Positions 43,662 to 59,918 of a DNA stretch of 64,000 nucleotides are shown piece by piece. Source of the DNA: the human T2T-CHM13v2.0 reference genome, Homo sapiens; NCBI RefSeq assembly GCF_009914755.1, contig NC_060925.1. The stretch is one strand, 5' to 3'. The notes under the pieces were generated by a model. The model searched no databases. It saw only the letters and a program-made list of their open reading frames with translations, and had not been told where the DNA came from. Numbering within the stretch: the first letter of the stretch is position 1; the number at the start of each line of letters is the position of its first letter. The position numbers and the translations under genes were made by a program.

Positions 43662-44037
43662 TGATATGGTTAGGCTCTGTGAACCCACCCAAATATCATC
43701 TTGAATTATAATCCCCATAATCCCCACGTGTTGAGGGAGGGACCGGGTGGGAGGTGATTGGATCATGGGAGCAGTGTCTCCCATGCTGTTTTCATGATAG
43801 TGAGTGAGTTCTCACAAGATCTAATGGTTTTATAAGTGTCTGATATTTCCTCCTTTGCACACTTGCTGTCTCTTGCCTACCATCATGTAAGACGTGCCTC
43901 TTTCCCTTTTGCCATGATTGTAAGTTTCCTGAGGCCTCCTCAGTCATGCAGAACTGTGAGCCAATTAAACCTCTTTTCTTTATAAATTACCCAGTCTTGG
44001 GCAGTTCTTTATAACAGTGTGAGAATGGACTAATACA
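43662..44037 (+). mobile_element. THE1 (MaLR) solo LTR, 376 bp
   Basis: TGATATGGTT...GGACTAATACA termini; 5-bp TSD GTAAT at 43657-43661 and 44038-44042. Confidence 0.92.
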
Positions 44038-44102
44038 GTAATCAAACCATGTTGCATTTTCACAACATTAGGAACAAATAAGGAAATGAAAGACCTGGCC
44101 TT

Positions 44103-46210
<2,108 letters not shown>

Positions 46211-46390
46211 TACACACATATACTTGCAGAAAACATGTAATTCTTCTGTTGTGTCTTATGTTGTTGAGTTTTACATAAAGTCTGCACTGAACGGATCATT
46301 CGATCCCATACTTTTCATTTGACCACATGCCTAGGAGAGCTAACCATGTGAGTTCATCTAGACCGACCTCATTTCTCCACCACCTCATTC

Positions 46391-46505
46391 TTTTTTTGTT
46401 TTTGTGTTACTTTAAGTTCTGGGATACATGTGCAGAACGTGCAGGTTTGTTACATAGGTATACATGTACCACGGTGGTTTGCTGCACCTAACAACCCGTC
46501 ATCTA
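46391..46505 (-). mobile_element. Severely 5'-truncated L1PA 3' end
   Basis: tactttaagttctgggatacatgtgcagaacgtgcaggtttgttacatagg is the L1PA terminus; perfect TSD tccaccacctcattc at 46376-46390 and 46506-46520. Confidence 0.92.
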
Positions 46506-46649
46506 TCCACCACCTCATTCTTTTATGCTGCTGCGTTGTATGTAATAAATAGCTGTTCCATAATTTAAGAAGCCATTTTCCTATTGATGGATATTTAGGT
46601 TGTTTCTAGTTATTTGTTTTTACACACCACCATGCCTTAAACATCCTTC

Positions 46650-48218
46650 TGAGGCAGGATAAGTAAGGTTAGAAGGCCATGTTGACTTGTCCCCTTGTGT
46701 GACGCTCCGCGGGTTCCTTCCGCATCCTTTGCACCCACGCCTAACTCTTCTGCAAGGGTCCCACAGGATACCAGCCGACCAGATGGTTACAAGTTCCTGG
46801 TATCTGTCTCAGACAGCCCGGAAAAGAGAACAAAAAGCCCTAATTCTTCTTGTAGCTTCTCCAATCTCCAGCCAATCAGCTTCAAAAGCCCAAGAAGCTA
46901 TTAGCTACAAATGCCTGCCCTGAGGGAGCTAGGGACTTCTCCGGGGTCCCGCATCGGCAGCTAGGCTCAAGGTTTAGCTTGCAGACCTTTTCCTCATTTT
47001 AATGGTTAAACAAAAGGCCAGGCGCAGTGCCTCACGCTTATCTGAGCACATTGGGAAGCTGAGGCGGGAGCAGCCTGGGCAACATAGTAAGACCTCGTCT
47101 CTATAAAAATTAAACAGAAAATTAGCGGGCCGTGGTGGCTTGCGCCTGTAGTCCCAGCTACTAGGGAGGCTGAAGCAGGAGGATGGCTTGAGCCTGGGGG
47201 GGTGGAGGTTGCAGTGGGCCGTGATGGCGCCACTGCACACCTGTTTAGGAGACAGAGCAAGACCCTGTCTCAAAAAAACAAAAAAGTAAAAAACACACCC
47301 CTAGGTGGTTTTATATGCTAAGGATACACGTTATGCGTGTTAGAGCACGTCGATGCTAAGCGCATGTGCCAACTGCAGGTCTGTCTTTGCATGTTTGACC
47401 TCAGCAGTATTTCATGAATATGCATGTACAGCTCCCATAAAGGGAATTCCCCGTAAGGTACTAGGGGCTGCCTCTCCCTTTTAGCAGCCTGCTTTGCCTC
47501 TCAGAGTGTACTTTTGAAGCAGCTACACTGTCTGGGGTATATACCCTGGGGTTCGTCATCTCGCACCAGGAAAATTTAGCTCACGGACACACACGAGGAG
47601 TTTAGGAGCTGAGGTTTAATAGGCAGAAGAGAAGAGAAAGAGCAACAGCTCTTTCAGGAGAGAGAGGTGTCTCCGAGTGGAAAAGAACTGTTGGTAGTGA
47701 TGCACTGGATTTTATAGTCTAGCTTGAGGAGGCGGTGTCTGATTTACATAGGGCTCACAGATTGGTTCAATCAGGTGTGACATTTACATAGCAGGGAAGG
47801 CTGGTTCCCCACCCTAATCTTATTATGCAAATAAATTATCCTTGGCAGGCTATCTTGTCTGCTCCTTACTGTACACGTGGCTGGCAGAGAAGAGGCGATG
47901 AAGCCGCCATCTTGAACATGTCTAGTCGGTAGTTCCCTGTGGCATTTACCCGTGCAAGCTCCCAGCTTGTTTGTGTCTGCAGCTCCACTTTACAGGCTAC
48001 TCTGTTAGAAGATGATTTGGGGCTGCTTTTCATTAAAAAGAAAAGCCTTACCGAGGACTCCCATGCCCTTACTATCTGCCTACGCGATTTCTTCTTAACT
48101 CCTGTATCACTTTTGCTTTGCAATAAACTTCTTTGCCTGCTCTTTGGAGTACTTTGGACTCACTCTCAAATTCTTTTACGTGGCTAAGTCAAGAACCTGA
48201 ACGGGCCAACTGCCAACA
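46650..48218 (+). mobile_element. ERV1-type solo LTR (family uncertain) hosting an Alu (47017-47285) and a nested LTR
   Basis: TG...CA termini, CCAAT at 46872, AATAAA at 48122, flanks cttc / cttg; host sequence agagtgtacttt continues as tgctttgcaataaac after the nested element. Confidence 0.7.
47515..48109 (-). mobile_element. LTR9-like solo LTR nested in the host LTR
   Basis: Minus strand starts TGATACAGGAGTTAAGAAGAAATC and ends GCTGCTTCA; 4-bp TSD CTTT at 47511-47514 and 48110-48113. Confidence 0.78.
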
Positions 48219-48456
48219 CTTGGACATACCTTCTAGTGCACGTGCATGTAATTTGCTTTAGGACTATCTGCGTCTGAGAGTGTACTTTTGAAGGAGCTAC
48301 ATTGTCCGGAGTATATACCCTGGGGTTCATCGTCTTGCACGAGGAAAATTTAGAATACGGATACACACGAGGAGTTTAGGAGGAGATGTAATATTTCTAT
48401 TTTTAGGATAGATCACGAGATGTAGACACTAGACATTTAAAATGTTACCAGATACA

Positions 48457-49755
<1,299 letters not shown>

Positions 49756-49999
49756 AAAAAGATTTTTACAAGACGGGCAAGTGTTCGCTTTTCTATCAAT
49801 ATGTTAGCAGTCTGTATTTACTTATTTGCTGGTGAGAAACCTTTCTTCCCTGGTTTCTAAAGTTTGAAAGTCTTTGCCCCTGAGCTCATGAGATTTCCAG
49901 AGAACTGATTCAAACAACTTCATTAAATAGGTACTTACTTCATGCCTGGGGCTTTACATTTTTATTTAATCTTTACAACTCTCTTTTGCATTCTTATTG

Positions 50000-51237
<1,238 letters not shown>

Positions 51238-51699
51238 TAGGATTTCCAGTGGTCTTGGACAGAAGGGCGACCTCTCCCTTGAGTTACGAAGGAAGGCGGA
51301 GAGATGAAGGGCAGGATTAAATAAACAAGTATGCGGGCTTTGGAGCCAGGGCAAAGCTCTGCCTTTTAGCTGTGTGATCTTGAAATTATTTAACCACTCA
51401 GATTCAGTTTCCTGTAATTTGGGGATAATTAAACAAGAATGAGCCGTGTGAAAGTGCCTATCCAACTGTAGTAGGCTCGCAGCAAGAGTTTAAATCGTTT
51501 TTATTCATCTCCGGTCCTAACTTTTGCCGCTGCTCTGTGTTCCACTCTTCTATCATCTTTAATTTCTCTGCTTGACTTGTTCCTGCTTTGTTCTCTCTGG
51601 TCCCTCTCCGGTCGCTCCTGCCACTCACGTTGAGTACCATCCACCACTAGAGGGCGGAATAGAACAAACCAAGATGGGTGCCCCTCCAGCTCTCTATGG

Positions 51700-52350
51700 C
51701 GTCTGCTCGCCGAGCCCCGCAAAAGAGGCGGGGATTCCATCATGTGACCGGGGTGCTGGGCGCCGGCGCAGGCGCGGTTGCTGCGTAGTCGTCGCCGGGC
51801 TCCGTTGCCCGCGCTGTTTTACCTTCCCAACGCTTGAGGCGGACGCTGGGGGGTCCTGCGCCTTTCCCTCCTGCCGCTGGGGACTGCAGGCTAAGGCCAT
51901 GTCCCGAAAGCAGGCGGCGAAGAGCCGGCCGGGCAGCGGCAGCCGGAAAGCCGAGGCCGAGCGCAAGCGGGACGAGCGGGCGGCGCGCCGGGCCCTGGCC
52001 AAGGAGCGGCGGAATCGGCCGGAGTCTGGCGGCGGCGGCGGCTGCGAGGAGGAGTTCGTCAGCTTCGCCAACCAGCTGCAGGCCCTGGGGCTGAAGCTGC
52101 GGGAGGTGCCGGGGGACGGGTGAGGCGGGCCGGGAGCGAGGGAGGCGGCGCCGGGGGACGCGCCGGGCTCGGCCTGGCGACCGTTGCCCGCTCGCGTCCA
52201 TCCATCCATTCATTCGGGCGGCCCGGGCGCCTCCCGCGAGCCAGCCACGCTCCGAGTGCAGGGCGTCCAGCTGCGAGTGAGGCGGACAAGCCCCTCGCCC
52301 CGAGACGCTCGCGGGGATCCCAAAGGGTCCTAATCATGGCAGACGCCGCG
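51700..52350 (+). promoter_or_regulatory. CpG-island, TATA-less promoter of OTUD3
   Basis: Very high GC and CpG density against a CpG-depleted background; GC box gaggcgggg 51725-51733, M-box/E-box TCATGTGAC 51740-51748, NRF1-like GCGCAGGCGC 51766-51775. Confidence 0.9.
51899..52119 (+). CDS. OTUD3: OTUD3 coding exon 1 (codons 1-73 plus 2 nt of Gly74)
   Basis: gccATG at 51899; translates [74 protein letters not shown], recognised as the OTUD3 N-terminus; donor GG|gtgagg at 52120; 221 nt; inside CpG island. Confidence 0.97.
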
Positions 52351-53029
52351 AGCGAAATAGAAAGTGGGTGCTGAGACCGTATATGGGAGCAGGGCCACTG
52401 GATTGTGGCCAGGAAGGGCTCTCTCAAAGGTGACATTTAAGCTGAGTTCTGAAGGAATGAGATGGAGCCAGGCATTGGAAAAACAGTTATCATGACGATA
52501 AGACCAGTTGAAGGAGTTTGAGTAAGCCCCACTTGGTAGAACGCTTTGCCTCCTTTGAGTCCTTGGTTTTTGGGTGGTGCCCCCATTTACATTTGTGAAA
52601 TTAGGTCGCCTGTTTACTGAGCTGAAGGCAGCTTCTCTAATTCTTCCTTCCATGGGCCTCAGTTTCTCTGTAAGCAAAGGTGCTTCCCCAAGCTTTCTTG
52701 GGACTTAGACTGGATCCAGGTCCAGCTTTCTTTAGGGAACGCGGAGGGGGAGAGTGGGGAGGAGGAAGAAAATTAGCTTCAAGAAAGGGGATATGGCTCC
52801 AGGAACATGGATGGAAGAAGGAAAAGGGTCAGGAAGAGGGGAGAACAGTTAGGATCCCCATTGCAGGGGCAGGTAAAAAGGGGTCTGGTTGTCAGCTGTG
52901 TCACTTTGGAAGAGAGAGTGTTAATAACAGCCTGGCTTTTGTTTTTTTCCTCCCCGTATTTGAGTGCTCAGATCCTGCAGAGGGAAGACTAAAATGAAAT
53001 TAAAGACCATAAGGAATTGCCTTAGTTCA

Positions 53030-53165
53030 TTATTATTGTTATTTTGTAGAGACGGTGATTTTGCTGTGTTGCCCAGGCTGGTCTCGAACTCCTGGCTTCA
53101 AGCGATCCTCCTGCCTCGGCCTCCCAAAGTGCCTAGATTACAGGCATGAGCTACCACCCCCGGCC
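53030..53165 (-). mobile_element. FLAM monomer in OTUD3 intron 1
   Basis: Single reverse arm; TSD aggaattgccttag. Confidence 0.88.
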
Positions 53166-53890
53166 AGGAATTGCCTTAGATATTAACTGCAGAATAAGGT
53201 GTTTTAAAAATTTTCACATTACATTGCAGCTTATTGATTAAGACTGTGAACTGGTCCTAATTTCCCTTTCCCACCGTTCCTGTTTATGCTCATTGCTTCA
53301 GGCAGATTGGATTTCTTTTTGCTCACAAAGAGTTCACCACACTTTGCTGCGTTGCTGTTTTTGCTTAAGATGCAGTTGGAACTTGATTACATTTATTCAC
53401 CATCATCTGGCAAAGTGCTTGGTACATGGAAGGCAGTCAGTACGTTTTTGCTGAATGAAATATAAAAATAATAGAGGGAGGTCAGCTAGCCTAAGCATAA
53501 GCCCAAGACACCCTTATAGAAACAGAAATACCAATTGAATACAGTGGAATTGGCGTGGGACATTGGGGCTTTTCCTTGCAAATGATTGGATTGCTTGTGT
53601 CTGCTATACTGGGTATGGTATTCTCAATGTCAGGGTGCCCAGGAAACTGAAGTACTCAATAGAAGGTTACTTATGAGGAGGAATTAGCACAGGGAGTTGT
53701 AAACTCTTGAGGGGGCTTTCATAAGGTTATGGGAAACTTTGGGGGTACTACTTCTGCTCCCTATCCCCACACCCCCATACACACACAGCATACTTTTCAA
53801 GTTAATTCAGCACACCTTAAGTAGGGTGCTGGGAATATGTTGATGACTAAGATACTTAAGGACTTCATAGCCTAAGGTAGAAACACGTAA

Positions 53891-54221
53891 CAGTGGGTCT
53901 CAGCTTTTTTGGTCTTAAGATCTCTTGGCATTCTTAAAAATTACTGAGAAACCGAAAGAACTTTATATGGGTTATAGCTATGAGTATTTACTGTATTAGA
54001 AAGTAAAACAAAGTTAAAACACAAGAATACACACACATTCCATTAGCTATCAGAGTGATGACTTCATGCATCAGGTAGCCTCTGGAAAACTCCACTGCAC
54101 TTGTGAGAGAATGAGAATGAAAAAGGTACATTACATCTTAGTTTTGAACTCACGGATACCCTGAAAGCATATCAGAGACCTTCCCACATCTCCGGTCCCT
54201 TGAGTCACACTTTGAGAACAG
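53891..54221 (+). mobile_element. hAT-Charlie-type DNA transposon relic
   Basis: Termini cagtgggtctcagc / cacactttgagaaca resemble Charlie TIRs. Confidence 0.6.
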
Positions 54222-54855
54222 ATGATACAAATAATTAAAATATAGTTTGATATATTTTTAGTAACAGTGACTGATTATAATGGTACTATTGAGAAGGAAA
54301 AGGCTACTACTCTATGAATTGGCCAGGAAGTCCTTCTCGTTCATTCGGTAAATACTCATTGGATACACTGCTAGATGCCTCTCAGAGGGTGTCATGCTCT
54401 GATTGGGTCATGAAGGACCAATAGGAGTACACCAAGAGAACGGTCCCATCTGAGAAGGAGTATATATAGAGGCACAAGGACACGATGTTTTTGGGAGATC
54501 TACAGGTTGTTTAGGGTGACGGGTAGTGTAGGGCACAAGGGTAGAAGTAACGGGCAGTGAAGCTAGGCTCCAGAAACCAGCTTGACTGGAGTGCTCATGT
54601 CTCTCTTCCAAGGTTCCTGTTATTCGGACAGTGTTAGATAAAATGATCGTATTTCCTCTTGTGTGGGCTTCATGGAGCTAACCACCTTCTGTTCACAAGT
54701 TCTTCACATGAGTTCCATTAGCTGGACTGTGGTTCAGCCCTCGTCAGTATCCTAGTCCTTTCGAATGTGGTGATGACAGACTTTATCACTGCAGGGGATG
54801 GTGTTTCCTGTGTATGTGATGGGTTGGCAGGTGTCAACAGATTCTTCTACCCCCC

Positions 54856-55137
54856 TCAGACGGAGTCTTACTCTGCCACCCAGGCTGGAGTGCAGTGGCA
54901 CAATCTTGGCTCACTGCAATCTCTGCCTCCTGGGTTCAAACAATTCTCTTGCCTCAGCCTCCTGAGTAGCTGGGATTACAGGCACCTGCTACCACAGCCA
55001 GCTAATTTGTTTGTATTTTTAGTAGAGATGGGGTTTCACCATGTTGGCCAGGCTGGTCTCGAACTCCTGACCTCATGATCCATCCGCCTTGGCCTCCCAA
55101 AGTGGTGGAATTACAGGTGTGAGCCACCGCGCCTGGA
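54856..55137 (-). mobile_element. AluS lacking poly(A) tail
   Basis: Reverse Alu; TSD caacagattctt 54835-54846 / caacggattctt 55138-55149. Confidence 0.9.
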
Positions 55138-55868
55138 CAACGGATTCTTTTATTAATGTTTATTAAGGACTCAGGTGAAATATAATGAAGTTAAAGACTA
55201 TTAAAAAATAGTTGACATCTCTAGCGTTCCCTGTTTTCATTCAGATTTGATTACAATCTGGAGTAGCCTGATACAGTATCTATGAGCATGTTCATTGTTG
55301 GCAATATGGTACCTGTAGCATTCTGGAACCTGAGGGGGTTTAGGGATGAATTAACCAATATCCTGTAATACAGCCTTTACATGGGTTGAGTCAGCTTAGT
55401 GTAGATTAATCAGGGAGCTACTTAGAGGGTTTTGTAATGCTTCCTGGACCAGCTTCATATTTCACGTGTTGTCTGGAAGGTGGACCCACATAAATTGGAT
55501 TCATTTTTCAAAGCAAGAAAGAAATAGTTTAACCTTGATGTTTTCCTTAAAAACATGATTGGCTATAGTGTGAAAAGAATGTATAACTCTATTTATTAGG
55601 CAGTACAATATTAACATCCCTCTGAACTTATCTAGTTGGGTCTTACTAAATGTAGTTCTGAGTTACATTACTCATTAGCAGTGTTCTAAAATTGAAACAT
55701 TGAAGAATCACTAATTTTAGCTGTTTATCTTATTACTAACAAGTAGTTTATTTTTTAGTTTTGTTTTTAATATTGCAGGATCACAGTAGTAGAAGGGCAT
55801 TCACACATCATCTTGTCTAATTATTGCCTGTGTCACCTGAACAGCAGTGCCATCTTTTGTGCCTCACT

Positions 55869-56905
<1,037 letters not shown>

Positions 56906-57430
56906 CTAGACAATTGCTGTGAATTGCTAGTTATAGAAATTGGCAGAATCCTGAGTCTATATAGTCTACCTCCGTAGAGCTAAGGTGAAATTACCTTTTA
57001 TTTGCCAAAATCTATGTCTCTGTGGCTTCCAGGTTTTCGTTTTATTATACAGGTATAATTTTAATTTCACATGACAGTTGGAGGTATTGATCACGTCCCC
57101 CTGAGCCTTCTTTAGGCCAAACATCACTAGTAGTTCTTCATATTGTATTAAAGCCACATCATTTATCTGAATACGTCTCTCTTAAAATACAGTAACTAGA
57201 ATGGTACCCAGTACCCTATCTGGTCTGACCCCAAATAATAAAACCTTTTCCTTTTTCTGCACATTTACTATTATTACTGCAGTCTAGAGAGCACGTTAGG
57301 TTTTTTGGTGCGTGTGTTGCAATATTGTCTAATAGTAAATTATTGCGCACTCAAAACATTTGCGTGCTCTTTATGTAATTGGTTGTTTTTGTGAACTCAA
57401 ATGCGAGACCTGCCATATATCCCTATAACA

Positions 57431-57655
57431 CAGTGGTTCTCAAGCAGGGATGATTTTGCCCTCCAGGGGACATTTGGCAATGTCTAGAGACATCTTTGGT
57501 TGTCACAACTGATGGGGAGGGAGGTAGTGATGTGCTACTGACAGCTAATGGCAGAGGCCAAGTATTCTCCTAAACTTCCTACAGTGCACAGGACAGCCTC
57601 CCACAACAAAAAAATGATCCTGGAATGTCAATAATGTGGAGATTGAGAAGCCCTG
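57431..57655 (+). mobile_element. MER20
   Basis: cagtggttctcaagcagggatgattttgccctccaggggacatttggcaatgtctagagaca...ttgagaagccctg. Confidence 0.85.
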
Positions 57656-59769
57656 CTATAGGTAATGGTGAGAGTGTGAACTCAGGAAGTGGCCCAGATC
57701 TCCTAGAGGCCCTTTGGGCAGCGGTGCTTTGTTCTCATGAGTTTCTTGAGTGCTCTTATTGGGCTCACCTAAGGAAACCCAGGTCACTGGAGTGTTTGTT
57801 CATTACCTTGTAATCCTGTCAGAAAAGGAAGTGATTTGTCTATTTTGGCTTGTTTTGGGTGAGCTCAAAGAAAGTTTGGTAAGTAATGAAAAGCATATTA
57901 AAAAATGTAACAATTAAAACTCTTAAATATTATTTTTAATTCTGCTGCCTAGGGGTAACTATGGCTATCATTTTGGTGTTGACATTCGAGCGAGAGCCAC
58001 GTTATTTGGACTTGGATCCTGGGCCTACCACTTACTAGTTTTGTGACCTTGGGCAGGTTTCCCCTGAGGGATGGTAATAGGACCTATCTCAGAGTTGTGA
58101 GACACAACATGTTTAATACATATAAAGTGTTTAGGACAGTCCCTGGCACATTGTAAGAACTATTTAAGTGGTTGTTTCTGTGTGTTTTCTTGGCATACGT
58201 TTGTGTGTGTTTCTGTGTCTGTGTATGTGTATAGTGTACAGATGAACTTGGTTGAGTTCATGTGGCATATACAGTTCTACACCTACTTTTTTGGAGAACA
58301 TTTGCTCATGTTATTAAAAGTTCCTAGCAAACATGTAACTGTAGAATACCATGAATTTTGGTACATTAAATGTAAAATAACTACATAAATTTGTGATAAA
58401 TCACATCTCTTAAACTAAATTCAAGAATAGGCTAGTGGTGGCAGATGCTGATTAAGAAAAGTTTGAGGGAAAAGCTTGACATTTAAATTGTTTTATCGAT
58501 TAACTTACTTTTCTCCATGGTTGAAAAAAGACTGCCATTGTCAGATTTTAGCAAGACACCTCAGTCTAGCCTACAGAACTCTATATTCCACTCCTTCTAG
58601 AATCTTGTCTTAGATTGTTGGAAAGCTTCTTGGTTTTTAATTTATAGAAGCTGTCTTAATTCTCCCCTCCCCTGCAAAAAAAAAAAAAGTATATATTCTT
58701 ATACATTAGAAGAGATTCCAGCCTTTCTATAGCTTTCTGTTGAAAATTCACTTTTCTGAGTTGAAAAACAAAACCCCCTTTTTTCCTACACATTTAGACA
58801 TGAAATCTTTCTGAAAGTGATGAGTTTATACTTTGGAATTACAGTATCATAGTTTTTCATTTGGAAGAGTAAACAGTTGGGTGTAAAACTGGACAACTGT
58901 TTGGCTTCAGAATTGTTTATTTCTGTAGTTTTAAGGATACCAGATTGTGTTTGTCTTGTTTGAGTCTCTGTGTATCTAAGCCTCTGTGTTTGTGATAGTT
59001 CGGAATTTAGAAGCCTTTGAGGGGTTTGAAAGTAAAGATAACTCTTACAGTTTATTACCAGTATTTTAATTTTAGAGAAACAAAATGTGGTGTTTAAAGT
59101 TTTCATTTGGCAGGAATAACAATGGCATTGTTGCTCCCTGGGTGCTAAGTGAGGAGGCAAGGAGGAAGTGTCTTTCCATAGTACAACTGTTTGTTGTCCA
59201 AGTGCTTTCCTTCTCATGACTTTCTCCACTATGTTCTTAGGACTCAAACAGAGTATTGTTCAGTTGTTAGTATTGGCAGCTTGACAAATTGCTATTTTTT
59301 GGGTACTATTTGTTAAATGAATGATTACTTAGCTGGGTAGCTGTAGTGGAACTTGTTTTAGAAAAGAGGCTGTAGATAGGACATGATTTTGGAAGAGGAT
59401 CTGTAAATCATAGCCCTTAGGCATGGAATGGCCTATAAGGTCTGGACCTTGTAGTAAGGTGGTTAGTGTATCACCGGCTCCACTTGTTGAAGCAGCTGAG
59501 GCCCAGGGAAGTTTAATGACTCTCCTGAGTCAGCCAGCTGGTACATGGGGAATAGAATCCTTGTTTGCTGCCTCTCAAGAAGGTAATATGGTTGAATATG
59601 CCCTCATGCTGTCCCCCGTGGTCTTGGAAGAATCCTGGACTATTAGAGTTGAGTCTTTACCTCTGTGTGCACAAAATATTTCCATGGATGATCTGGCATG
59701 AAGCATCATTGTTTTAGACGAACTAAGTTCATTTTTGAAAGGTCTTGACTCGTGTTGTTGTTTTGACAG

Positions 59770-59918
59770 CAATTGCTTGTTCAGAGCTCTTGGTGATCAA
59801 TTGGAGGGACACTCACGAAATCATCTCAAGCACAGACAGGAGACAGTGGACTACATGATAAAGCAGCGGGAAGATTTTGAACCCTTTGTAGAAGATGACA
59901 TTCCTTTTGAGAAGCATG
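59770..59918 (+). CDS. OTUD3: OTUD3 coding exon 2 (OTU domain, catalytic Cys76 codon TGC at 59774-59776)
   Basis: Acceptor ttttgacag|C completes GGC; translates [49 protein letters not shown]; donor G|gtaggt at 59919; 149 nt; joins exon 1 to give the OTU Cys loop VPGDGNCLFRA. Confidence 0.97.

Noticed and set aside
51694-52436. Long antisense and alternative-frame ORFs over the CpG island (171, 157, 125, 86 aa)
   Set aside because: Stop-poor GC-rich shadow frames of OTUD3 exon 1; low-complexity products
58786-59701. 153-aa minus and 92-aa plus ORFs in intron 1
   Set aside because: No recognisable domain; exons 1 and 2 already join in phase without them
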